DNA of 17,829 bases from an archaeon (GTDB lineage: Archaea; AGJL01; Methanococci; Methanococcales; Methanocaldococcaceae). How positions within the stretch are numbered: position 1 is the first letter of the stretch; each line of letters begins with the position of its first letter. Shown here piece after piece: positions 9,219-17,829 of the stretch. The DNA lies in contig JAJRSC010000008.1 in NCBI GenBank assembly GCA_024278985.1, positions 1 through 17,829 of the forward strand, written 5' to 3'. The notes under the pieces were generated by a model. It made no database searches and had not been told where the DNA came from. It saw only the letters and a program-made list of their open reading frames with translations. A program made the position numbers and the translations under genes.

Positions 9219-11402
9219 TTATTCAAGCTCTCCCATAATTTTTGGAAAACCTGAATAATATTTATCTTTTAGTTCTTCTAATGTAATACTAATATTTTTG
9301 TTATTTATACTAATATTTAGTTTATCCTTTCCTACTTTACCAATTACAAAGCCATCTATTTCTTTTAAAATATCTTCTACATTTTCAGGTCTTACAGATA
9401 ATATAATTCTTCCAGAAGTTTCTGAGAATAATAAAATATCTTCTCTTAAATTATTTTTATTATATTCAGATAGATTTACATCTAAACCTACATTATAATT
9501 TATACAAAACTTAGCTAAAGCTATAGCTAACCCTCCTCTTGAACAATCTTTTGCTCCTGTTATAAGAGACTTATTAATTAACTTTCTAACTTTATCATAA
9601 ATTTGTTTTTCTTTTCTTAAATTTACCCTTGGAACTATTCCACATTCTGTATTATGAATAACCTTATAATATTCACTACCTCCCATTTCATCCTTTGTTT
9701 CATTAGTTATAATTAATATATCTCCTTCTCTTGGTTTTATAAATATTCCAGGAATTTTTTCGACATCTTCAATTTTTCCAATTATAGCTACTGCAGGAGT
9801 TGGATTTATTGGATAATCTTTAATATTTATTATTGTTTCATTATACAAACTTACATTTCCTCCCACTACAGGAATTTCAAAAGCATAACATGCCTCAGCT
9901 AATCCTTCAATACATTTTTTTAGTTGCCAATATCTTTCAGGCTTTTCTGGATTTCCAAAGTTTAAATTATCAAGCATAGCTATTGGTTTAGCCCCAACTG
10001 TTGCTAAATTTCTTACACACTCAGAAACTGAATAGACAGAGCCAATATATGGGTTTAATTTACAAAATCTTGAATTACAATCAGTTGCTAATCCAATTCC
10101 CATAGGATATAGTTCATCTATTTTTAAAACAGCAGCATCTTTTCCAGGTTTAACAACAGTCCTAATTTGAACATCATAATCATATTGACTATAAACCCAT
10201 TCTCTTGAGCAAATATTTGGACTCTCTAAGATTTTTAATATTGCATCTTTCAAATCAACTAATGGAATTTTATTTTTATCATCTATTTTTTCTCTAATAT
10301 CTGCCTTTTCTTCTCTGTCATATAGAGGGGCATTTGTTAATAAGTCAATTGGTAAATCTACAACTACCTCTCCATTGTATTTAGCTATTATCCTTTTATT
10401 GTCTGTTGTTTCACCAATAACAGAGGCAGGTAAGTTATATTTTTCAAATATCTTTATTATCTCTTCTTCACTTCCCTTTTCTACTGCTAATAACATTCTC
10501 TCCTGACTTTCAGATATCATAATTTCATATGGAGTTAATGGCTCTCTTAGAATAACATTATTTAAATTTAAAATACATCCTGATAAACACATTTCAGTAG
10601 ATGCTCCAGACAATCCAGCAGCTCCTAAATCTTTCATTGCCTTAACTTTACCTGTTTTTACTGCCTCTAAAATAGCATCAATTAAACATTTTTCAGTAAA
10701 TGCATCTCCTATTTGGACAGAAGGTCTATCTTCTTCACTTTCCTCTGTTAAATCTTTGGATGCAAAACTTGCCCCTCCTATTCCATCTCTTCCTGTTGAA
10801 CCAACTAAAATTAAGGAATATCCAGGTTTATCAATTTTTCCTCTTATTATCTCCTTTTCTCTAACTAATCCAATACATACAACATTTACCAAATTGTTAA
10901 AGTTAAAAGAATCATCAAACTCTACCTCTCCTCCAACAGTAGGAACTCCTATTCTATTTCCATAATCTCCAATACCTCTAACAACTCCATCTATTAACCA
11001 TCTAACTTTTTCACCTTCTTCTCCAAAAGGATTACCAAACCTTAAAGGGTCTAATAGAGCTATTGGCCTTGCTCCCATTGATAAAACATCCCTAACAATT
11101 CCTCCCACTCCAGTAGCTGCTCCATTGTATGGGTCAATATATGATGGATGATTATGACTTTCCATAGCTAAAGCTAAACATATATCTTTATTTAACCTTA
11201 TAACAGCAGCATCATCCCCTATTCCAACAACAATATCCTTATTAGTTTTTTCATTTATTGTTTTAGAAAAAATTCTCAAAAGTTTTTTAGAACTTCTATA
11301 AGCACAGTGCTCACTCCAGAGATTCTCAAACATTGCTAATTCAATTTTATTTAACTTTCTGCCTAACTTCTCCTCAATATATTTTATATCTCTTTCATCC
11401 AT
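9219..11402 (-). CDS. purL: Phosphoribosylformylglycinamidine synthase subunit PurL (small type)
   Basis: [57 protein letters not shown]; 727 aa. Confidence 0.97.
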   Translation of the reverse strand: MDERDIKYIEEKLGRKLNKIELAMFENLWSEHCAYRSSKKLLRIFSKTINEKTNKDIVVGIGDDAAVIRLNKDICLALAMESHNHPSYIDPYNGAATGVGGIVRDVLSMGARPIALLDPLRFGNPFGEEGEKVRWLIDGVVRGIGDYGNRIGVPTVGGEVEFDDSFNFNNLVNVVCIGLVREKEIIRGKIDKPGYSLILVGSTGRDGIGGASFASKDLTEESEEDRPSVQIGDAFTEKCLIDAILEAVKTGKVKAMKDLGAAGLSGASTEMCLSGCILNLNNVILREPLTPYEIMISESQERMLLAVEKGSEEEIIKIFEKYNLPASVIGETTDNKRIIAKYNGEVVVDLPIDLLTNAPLYDREEKADIREKIDDKNKIPLVDLKDAILKILESPNICSREWVYSQYDYDVQIRTVVKPGKDAAVLKIDELYPMGIGLATDCNSRFCKLNPYIGSVYSVSECVRNLATVGAKPIAMLDNLNFGNPEKPERYWQLKKCIEGLAEACYAFEIPVVGGNVSLYNETIINIKDYPINPTPAVAIIGKIEDVEKIPGIFIKPREGDILIITNETKDEMGGSEYYKVIHNTECGIVPRVNLRKEKQIYDKVRKLINKSLITGAKDCSRGGLAIALAKFCINYNVGLDVNLSEYNKNNLREDILLFSETSGRIILSVRPENVEDILKEIDGFVIGKVGKDKLNISINNKNISITLEELKDKYYSGFPKIMGELE

Positions 11403-11419
11403 ATTTATCCAAACCTTAA

Positions 11420-12196
11420 TTATTCTTCTACAATAACATCAATACTGTATATTTTAGATGCTTTTTCTCCATTTATTTCATACTCAATATAAAAATCTAA
11501 TGGTAACTCTCCCAATTCCATAGGTTTTATATATATAATATATGATTTAGATTCTTCTTTTTCTAAGTTACTTATTTTAGGCAATTTTTTACCTTTAAAC
11601 TCCTCACCTAATAGTTTAATAGTGATATTACTAATTTTATTTTCACTAATATTTTTTATAGTGAGTGTGACTTTTGTCCATCTATTAACCTTAAAGTTGT
11701 TCTTATCAATATTAAGTTCAATATCTTTTATTTGTTTAATTTTCTTTTCAACAATTTCTTTAGTTTCTTTGGCAGATTGATAGTCTGGTTTAAGTTTTAA
11801 AACTTTATCAAAACATTTGATAGCTTCTTCATATCTACCCAGTTTTGATAGGGCTAATCCTAAATTGTACCATGCATCTACATAATTAGGATTGATTTGA
11901 ATAGCCTTTTCATAACACTTAATAGCCTCCTCATATCTTCCCAATTTAGCTAAGGCAACTCCTTTATTGTTCCAGGCATAATAATAATTAGGGTCAATTT
12001 CAAGGGCTTTATCATAACACTTAATAGCCTCTTCATATTTTCCTAACTTAGCTAAAGCTACTCCCTTATTGTTCCATGCTGGTGCAAAATTAGGATTTAA
12101 TTCAATTGCTTTATCAAAACATTCAATAGCCTCTTCATATTTTCCTAACTTAGCTAAAGCTAATCCCTTATTATACCAAGCCATAAAATCTTCCAT
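11420..12196 (-). CDS. Tetratricopeptide-repeat protein (4 TPRs) with a C-terminal Ig-like/CARDB-like beta domain
   Basis: Four 34-aa units AW(Y/N)N(K/L)G(L/V)AL.KLG.YEEAI.C, then a beta-rich tail (VTLTIKN...[18 protein letters not shown]). ATG 12196 follows GGGGAGTGG (the track starts at 12217). Confidence 0.88.
   Translation of the reverse strand: MEDFMAWYNKGLALAKLGKYEEAIECFDKAIELNPNFAPAWNNKGVALAKLGKYEEAIKCYDKALEIDPNYYYAWNNKGVALAKLGRYEEAIKCYEKAIQINPNYVDAWYNLGLALSKLGRYEEAIKCFDKVLKLKPDYQSAKETKEIVEKKIKQIKDIELNIDKNNFKVNRWTKVTLTIKNISENKISNITIKLLGEEFKGKKLPKISNLEKEESKSYIIYIKPMELGELPLDFYIEYEINGEKASKIYSIDVIVEE
11820..12172. repeat. Intragenic 102-bp-period direct repeats (TPR units)
   Basis: AATAGCCTCTTCATATTTTCCTAACTTAGCTAAAGCTA (38 bp) is identical at 12023-12060 and 12125-12162. 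More diverged copies lie near 11921 and 11820. Confidence 0.9.
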
Positions 12197-12506
12197 AATA
12201 ATCCACTCCCCACACATTTATAAATATTGAAAATTAAAAATAACAAATAATTATACGTCATTTGAGGTTTTATTTTTAATTCTAAATCTTGCAGGATAAT
12301 ACATAATTTTTTTACAATACATAATTAACCATAATCTAATATTTAAACTTATTTTTTAAACTTATTTTTAGTTAATTAATATTTTTTATCTGTTTTATTT
12401 TGTATTATAAATATAGAAATATATACAACCTTAAAACCAAAAAATATTTATAGAACTTTAAAGTAATATAATATATGAGAAAAAAAATAGCTAAAAAGGT
12501 GAAAAA

Positions 12507-12938
12507 ATGGTTGACAAAAATGTAGATGTTAATGAATTAGTAAGAGCATATGTTTCACAAATTGAGGGATTAAGAGCAGAAATTGCAAGAATTGATACTG
12601 CAATATCAGCATTAAGACAATCATTAGCTACCTTAAGAAGTTTAAAAGAGTTAGGAGAAGGTAAAATAGTATTAGTTCCTGTTGGAAGTATTGCTCAGGT
12701 AGAAATGAAAATTGAAAAAATGGATAAAATTGTTGTATCAGTAGGACAAAATATTTCAGCTGAGTTAGAATTTGATGAGGCATTAAAATACATTGAAGGA
12801 GAAATTAATAAATTATTAGCTTTAAGATTAATATTAGAACAAAGTATAGCAGAACTATATAGTAAAATAGAGGATGAAATAGAAAAATTACAAAGTGGTG
12901 AAGAAAAAGAAGAGGAGGAAAATGCTAAAGAAGAGTAA
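12507..12938 (+). CDS. Gamma-prefoldin (filament-forming, alpha-type prefoldin paralogue)
   Basis: Closely matches my recollection of M. jannaschii gamma-PFD (MJ0648): VRAY..QIEGLRAEI, LRQSLATL.SLK.LGEGK.VLVPVGSIAQVEMK.EKMDK.VVSVGQNISAELE..EALKYIE, and an acidic tail. Two beta-hairpins. RBS GGTGA at 12498-12502 and TATA-like TTTATA at 12447-12452. Confidence 0.9.
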   Translation: MVDKNVDVNELVRAYVSQIEGLRAEIARIDTAISALRQSLATLRSLKELGEGKIVLVPVGSIAQVEMKIEKMDKIVVSVGQNISAELEFDEALKYIEGEINKLLALRLILEQSIAELYSKIEDEIEKLQSGEEKEEEENAKEE

Positions 12939-13074
12939 AGAAGAAATTATAAAATTTATAAAAAATCTCCCTGAAAATAGAAAAATATTTATTAATCTAT
13001 CAGGAATTTGGGTAGAGGTTAATAAAGAAGAAGCATTAAAATATCTTGAAGAGTTAGATGAATCTAAGGATTAA
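12922..13074 (+). CDS. Uncalled 50-aa mini prefoldin-hairpin protein
   Basis: ATG 12922 to TAA 13074 gives MLKKSKEEIIKFIKNLPENRKIFINLSGIWVEVNKEEALKYLEELDESKD. GAGGAGG at 12912-12918. Overlaps gamma-PFD by 17 nt, fills the whole gap to cobT, and resembles the hairpin/helix junctions of both prefoldins in this window. Confidence 0.78.
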   Translation: MLKKSKEEIIKFIKNLPENRKIFINLSGIWVEVNKEEALKYLEELDESKD

Positions 13075-14070
13075 TTCTTCTGTTTTTTCCATTATTTTTT
13101 TTCCACTAAAACCAGATTTTTCACAATAAACTGCTAATCCCCCTGCTCCTACTCCTTCTTTTACTGCTCCAAGGCAGTATTTTTTTAGACCTTCTATTTT
13201 TGAGTTTTTAAATGGTAATTCAGCTCCATAAATTGGAATCTTTCCAATTTCTTTTATTATTCCAATAATATCAGAGTATTTATCATTGATTACAAACTCT
13301 GTTGTAGCAAGACAGATATTTTTTAATTTATAGAGTTCTTTTATAACTGCTAAAACAGCAGTCATTTGAGTACCTCCAGCCAAAATTACTTTTTTATTTT
13401 CTTCAATAAATGATATTGCCAATGCTGCATTAACTACAATCATTTTATCTCCAACAGCATTTAAAATACTAAAAACATTATCATCCCCAGAATATTTTAG
13501 ACCTTTTTTAACAATCTCTAATTTTAAAGAATGGGGATTATTTATAGAGCCAGAACTAACTTTTCCCTCAGCATTATATCCTAATCCTAATAAAACACCC
13601 AATGCTGAAGTTGTACCTCCAGGAACACATTCACCTAAGATTAAAGATTCAGATGGAAGATTTTTTCCTAATAAATATGCAATATTAAATAATTTTTCAC
13701 TGTCCTTTATAGCTTGTCCTTTCTCTAACCTTCCAGTAGGTTCATTATCTAAATTTATGTATGGAACCTTTGGCTTAATAAAAGAACCAGCATCAATAAT
13801 AAGACTCTTTATATTATTTAGCTCAATACAGGCTCTACTTATAAATGCAGGTGTTGGGGAAAAGTTTGAATCTACAGGAATTTTATTTAATGTTTTTGGC
13901 TTACCATAAAAAACAATTTCAGCATCTAAAGCAGGAGTATATTTTATAATATCTCTATGAACTCCTGAAATAGGATAAAAAAGAGTTGTCTCAATTGATG
14001 ATAAGGTACATATAAATAGAGGGTTATTAAAAGATTCTAAAAATTTATTATCATCATAATATACTATCAT
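13054..14070 (-). CDS. cobT: Archaeal CobT-type nicotinate-nucleotide:dimethylbenzimidazole phosphoribosyltransferase (UPF0284)
   Basis: YTPALDAE, PTPAFISRA, LGECVPGGTTSA, VILAGGTQM, VKEGVGAGG. Confidence 0.85.
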   Translation of the reverse strand: MIVYYDDNKFLESFNNPLFICTLSSIETTLFYPISGVHRDIIKYTPALDAEIVFYGKPKTLNKIPVDSNFSPTPAFISRACIELNNIKSLIIDAGSFIKPKVPYINLDNEPTGRLEKGQAIKDSEKLFNIAYLLGKNLPSESLILGECVPGGTTSALGVLLGLGYNAEGKVSSGSINNPHSLKLEIVKKGLKYSGDDNVFSILNAVGDKMIVVNAALAISFIEENKKVILAGGTQMTAVLAVIKELYKLKNICLATTEFVINDKYSDIIGIIKEIGKIPIYGAELPFKNSKIEGLKKYCLGAVKEGVGAGGLAVYCEKSGFSGKKIMEKTEELILRFI

Positions 14071-14186
14071 ACTATCACTTTAATATAAAAATTCTAAAAA
14101 TTTTTTCCTAAAAGTTAAATTTAATAAAATATATATTTATCTTAAACTTAATAAATAATTACAAAAATATATAATAAGGGATTAAC

Positions 14187-14963
14187 GTGAATCTAAACCT
14201 TAAAGATATCGGTTTAAAGATATTTTCAGTTATTTGTCTTTTAGTATTTTGGGAAGGCTTAGCAATTTATATAAATAATCCTGTAATTCTCCCAAAAATT
14301 GAAGATGTTCTTAATGTTCTTATCCATCCTTATGTTAGTTTATTAGGAACTGGAAGCTTAATAGATAATGCTATTGTAAGTATTAAAAGAGTTCTATTAG
14401 GGTTTATTATTGCAGCTATTTTAGCAGTTCCAATTGGTATATTGATGGGATACTATAGAGTTGTCTATAATTTTTTAGATACTATAATAGAGCTTATAAG
14501 ACCTATTCCTCCATTGGCATGGGTACCTTTATCTCTTGCCTGGTTTGGGATTGGAGATGTATCTATGATATTTATTATATTTATTGGAGCATTTTTTCCA
14601 ATATTAATAAACACCATTTCTGGAGTTAAAAGTGTTCCAATTCCACTGATTGAAGCAGCTTTAACATTGGGAGCTAAAGGAAGAGATATATTATTAAAGG
14701 TTATAGTCCCAGCAAGTTCTCCATATATATTAACTGGTTTAAGAGTTGGGATTGGTATAGCATGGATGTGTGTAGTTGCTGCTGAAATGCTTCCAGGAAG
14801 TAATTCAGGTTTGGGTTATCTTATAATGTATGCATACTCTTTAAGTAGAATGGATGTAGTAATTGCAAGTATGATAGTTATTGGATTAATTGGGTTAGTA
14901 TTGGATAAAATCCTAAGATTCATAGAAGATAAGTATTTTGTATGGAAAAAAATGATGAAGTGA
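14187..14963 (+). CDS. ABC transporter permease, NitT/TauT/SsuC family
   Basis: RPIPPLAWVPL, EAA loop (LIEAALTLGA), VVAAEM, GLGYLI; several hydrophobic segments. Confidence 0.92.
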   Translation: MNLNLKDIGLKIFSVICLLVFWEGLAIYINNPVILPKIEDVLNVLIHPYVSLLGTGSLIDNAIVSIKRVLLGFIIAAILAVPIGILMGYYRVVYNFLDTIIELIRPIPPLAWVPLSLAWFGIGDVSMIFIIFIGAFFPILINTISGVKSVPIPLIEAALTLGAKGRDILLKVIVPASSPYILTGLRVGIGIAWMCVVAAEMLPGSNSGLGYLIMYAYSLSRMDVVIASMIVIGLIGLVLDKILRFIEDKYFVWKKMMK

Positions 14964-14968
14964 GATAA

Positions 14969-15745
14969 ATGGAAGTAAAATTAAAAGTAGTAAATCTTTC
15001 TAAGGTTTTTGAGTTCAATGGAAATAAAATAAAAGCTCTTGAAAATATAAATTTAGATGTTTATGAAAATGAATTCTTAACAGTTATGGGTCCTTCTGGT
15101 AGTGGAAAAACAACATTATTAAGGATTATTGCAGGATTAGAAAAACCTACTGAAGGGAAAATATTATTAGATGGAAAAGAAGTTAAGGGTCCTGGAGCAG
15201 ATAGGGGTGTTGTATTTCAGCAATATACACTAATGCCATGGAGAACTGTTCTAAAAAATGTAACTTTTGGTTTAGAATTAAAAAAAATTCCAAAAAATGA
15301 AAGAATTAAAATAGCTAAAAAATTTATAAAAATTGTAGGTCTTGAAGGGTTTGAAGATGCATATCCCTGGCAGTTAAGTGGAGGAATGCAACAGAGGGTA
15401 GCAATAGCAAGAACATTAGCTAATAATCCTGAAATTGTTTTAATGGATGAACCCTTTGCTGCTTTAGATGCACAAACAAGGGTTATAATGCAAAATGAAT
15501 TATTAAAAATTTGGGAATCTGAAAAGAAAACTGTTTTTTTTGTTACTCATAGTATTGACGAGGCAATATATTTATCTGATAGAGTTGTCATTTTAACAGC
15601 AAGGCCAGGAAAAATAAAGGATATAATTGAGATTGATTTAGATAGGCCAAGAGATAGGACAAGTGTTGAATTTTTAAAATATAGAAAAATTATTTATGAT
15701 ATTTTAAAAGAGGAAGTTATTAAGACAATAAAGAGGGGAGAATAA
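14969..15745 (+). CDS. ABC transporter ATP-binding protein, NitT/TauT/SsuB family
   Basis: Walker A GPSGSGKT, signature LSGGMQQR, Walker [22 protein letters not shown]. Confidence 0.95.
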   Translation: MEVKLKVVNLSKVFEFNGNKIKALENINLDVYENEFLTVMGPSGSGKTTLLRIIAGLEKPTEGKILLDGKEVKGPGADRGVVFQQYTLMPWRTVLKNVTFGLELKKIPKNERIKIAKKFIKIVGLEGFEDAYPWQLSGGMQQRVAIARTLANNPEIVLMDEPFAALDAQTRVIMQNELLKIWESEKKTVFFVTHSIDEAIYLSDRVVILTARPGKIKDIIEIDLDRPRDRTSVEFLKYRKIIYDILKEEVIKTIKRGE

Positions 15746-16473
15746 TGAAAGGTTATGAAATTGTAGAAATTATTGAAAATTTTGCACCTCCAGAGTTGGC
15801 TATTGAAGGGGATAATATTGGACTACTTTTTGGAGAGTTAGATAAGGAAGTAAATAAAATAGGTATTGCTTTGGATTGTTCTTTAATGGTTATTGAGAGA
15901 GCATATAATGAGGGAGTAGATTTTTTAATTACTCATCATCCAATTATTAAGAATCCTGTTAATAGATTTGTTGATTTAATATATAAGAAGATTTCACTTC
16001 TATCTAAAGCAGATATTACATTATATACTGCCCATACAAATTTAGATATATGTAAAAATGGGCTAAATGATTGTTTAGCAGAGCATTTTAATTTAAAAGA
16101 TGTAAAAGAGTTATATCCAAATGGTTTAGGTAGAATTGGAATATTTGAAGGGTCTTTTAATGATTTCTTAAAAAAGGTTGAAGAAGTTGAAAAAAATTAC
16201 ACTTTAGTAAAAAGTAAAGAAGTAGAGGATAATTTTAAATTGGCAGTATTATCTGGTTATGGCCTTTCTCAGAAAGATATAGAATATGTATCTAAAATAG
16301 CAGATGTTTATCTTTCAGGAGATTTAACACACCATTCTAAGATATTGGCTGAAGAATTGGGGTTAATTGTAGTTGATGCTACTCACTACTCAACTGAGGT
16401 TTTTGGATTAAAGAAATTCTTAAAATATCTTAATAAAAATATAAACTTAGATATTGTTAGTTTAGATTTCTGA
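15745..16473 (+). CDS. Nif3-like dinuclear metal-centre protein (DUF34; HcgD-like in Methanococcales)
   Basis: [31 protein letters not shown]. Start overlaps the upstream stop (TAATG). Confidence 0.9.
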   Translation: MKGYEIVEIIENFAPPELAIEGDNIGLLFGELDKEVNKIGIALDCSLMVIERAYNEGVDFLITHHPIIKNPVNRFVDLIYKKISLLSKADITLYTAHTNLDICKNGLNDCLAEHFNLKDVKELYPNGLGRIGIFEGSFNDFLKKVEEVEKNYTLVKSKEVEDNFKLAVLSGYGLSQKDIEYVSKIADVYLSGDLTHHSKILAEELGLIVVDATHYSTEVFGLKKFLKYLNKNINLDIVSLDF

Positions 16474-16492
16474 TAAGAAGGGTGATATTATT

Positions 16493-17829
16493 ATGAAAAA
16501 AACTTTTCTACTGTTATTTTGTATATTTTTATTATCTGGAGTTTATGGAGTTGTTATAAAAGCTCCAGCAGTTTCACAAACAGAAGCAGGAACTTATGTT
16601 GGAGTTCCTATAACAATAGTTATTAATGTTAGTAAAGGAAGTGGTCATGTTTATATGGATACACTACCCTTAACTCAAATGGATATGCAAGGTTCTGCAA
16701 GAATTGCTGCAAAAGTTGCAGGAGAAGTTACTGGAAAAGATATGAATAAATACAATGTTTATATAACTGTAAGAAGTGATGTTCCTTTTGTTGGAGGTCC
16801 TTCTGCTGGAGGAACTATGTGTGTTGGAATAATTGCAGATTTATTAAACCTCTCTTTAAATCCTAAGGTTATGATGACAGGAATGATAAATCCTGATGGT
16901 TCCATAGGACCAGTTGGAGGTATTTTAGAAAAAATCGAAGCTGCTAAAAAAGCAAATTGTACAATTATGCTAATTCCAAAAGGTCAGAGATATGTTGAAG
17001 TTGATGGAAGAAAAGTAGATGCTGTTGAATTTGGTAAAAAAATAGGTGTTAAGGTTTATGAAGTAAGTAACATTTATGAAGCCCTCTCATACTTTACTAA
17101 TAAAAAATTCAAAATGAAAGAATATCCTGAGAATCCAGCTATAGAAAAGAAATATAAAGAGATTATGAAAAAACTTGCTGATAAGATTATTAAAATGGCA
17201 AATGATAAATATAATAAAATATCCAACATTTTAGAGACAGAATATTTTGGTTATGAGTATCAATATATGTTAAAAAATAATCTAAATCATGCAAAAAATT
17301 TACTTGATTTAGCAAATTCAGAATACTTAAATGGAGATTATTATTCAGCAACATCAAGAGCATTTAATGCTTTAATTATTCTTGAAAAAATACATGGAAT
17401 TATTAATTATTTGAATGGAGAAAATGTTAAGGATTATTTAATAAATATTCAAAATGAAATTGACCATAATAAAGAGATTATTTATAGCAAACCAATAACA
17501 ACAGATAATTTTGAGGTAATCTTAGCTGGAAGAGAAAGAATTTTTGAAGCAAAAAATTTAATGGACAAAGCTTGGAAATCCTATTATCTTGGAGAACTTG
17601 ATAAAGCTATAGAATATGGTGCATATGCTAAATTAAGAAGTGAATCAGCAATATGGTGGATAAATTTAGATAATGATACAGGTAAAAAAATAGATATTAA
17701 GAAACTTGAACCATTAGCACAGCAATATTTATCAAATGCAGAAGTTATTTATGCATACATAACAAGTATGTATCCAATGTTAAATATAGATTCAAATGAT
17801 TTGGAATATGCTAAAAAAGCATATAATAA
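16493..17829 (+). CDS. Secreted Lon-like S16 serine protease without an AAA+ domain (COG1750-like); partial, runs off the right edge
   Basis: Not in the ORF track; translated by hand: [19 protein letters not shown] (signal peptide)...VGGPSAGG...[20 protein letters not shown]. Ser codon at 16802 and Lys codon at 16931 are 43 residues apart, as in the Lon dyad. RBS GGTGA upstream. Confidence 0.9.
   Translation, partial: MKKTFLLLFCIFLLSGVYGVVIKAPAVSQTEAGTYVGVPITIVINVSKGSGHVYMDTLPLTQMDMQGSARIAAKVAGEVTGKDMNKYNVYITVRSDVPFVGGPSAGGTMCVGIIADLLNLSLNPKVMMTGMINPDGSIGPVGGILEKIEAAKKANCTIMLIPKGQRYVEVDGRKVDAVEFGKKIGVKVYEVSNIYEALSYFTNKKFKMKEYPENPAIEKKYKEIMKKLADKIIKMANDKYNKISNILETEYFGYEYQYMLKNNLNHAKNLLDLANSEYLNGDYYSATSRAFNALIILEKIHGIINYLNGENVKDYLINIQNEIDHNKEIIYSKPITTDNFEVILAGRERIFEAKNLMDKAWKSYYLGELDKAIEYGAYAKLRSESAIWWINLDNDTGKKIDIKKLEPLAQQYLSNAEVIYAYITSMYPMLNIDSNDLEYAKKAYN

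Noticed and set aside
589-10965. Short track ORFs 589-828, 1257-1490, 3523-3720, 5523-5708, 6360-6596, 6721-6954, 8278-8466, 9298-9498 and 10756-10965
   Set aside because: All lie antisense to, or out of frame within, well-supported genes and show no recognisable motifs; they are shadow ORFs.
11820-12172. Regularly spaced direct repeats considered as a CRISPR array
   Set aside because: The period is 102 bp (34 codons), in frame within the TPR gene, the intervening sequences are homologous, and no cas genes are present.
12251-12322. 23-codon minus-strand ORF MYCKKIMYYPARFRIKNKTSNDV upstream of the TPR gene
   Set aside because: No RBS and no motif; expected by chance.
5320-12938. Prefoldin beta and gamma-prefoldin within 7 kb considered as a chaperone cluster
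   Set aside because: They are on opposite strands and separated by unrelated housekeeping genes, and gamma-PFD is reported not to assemble with alpha/beta subunits. Proximity is probably incidental.

Overview
AT-rich archaeal chromosomal window, most consistent with a hyperthermophilic Methanococcales (Methanocaldococcus-like) genome, based on GGTGA/GGAGG ribosome-binding sites, archaeal r-proteins and a gamma-prefoldin. Contents from left to right: a partial branched-chain amino-acid ABC binding lipoprotein; a stand-alone convergent cheC/cheR pair; a conserved hypothetical; a lipoprotein - HEAT/triple zinc-ribbon - ribB unit; prefoldin beta; the rpl3-rpl4-rpl23-rpl2-rps19 operon with a structured 5' leader; purL; a TPR/Ig-like protein; gamma-prefoldin; archaeal cobT; a NitT/TauT ABC permease and ATPase; Nif3/HcgD; and a partial secreted Lon-type (S16) protease. 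The most notable observation is an uncalled 50-aa ORF (12922-13074) overlapping the end of the gamma-prefoldin gene. It looks like a single prefoldin beta-hairpin without coiled coils and is a candidate natural cap or regulator of the gamma-prefoldin filament. The second is a candidate ribosomal-protein leader RNA upstream of rpl3. All family assignments come from motif reading and recall; no searches were run.
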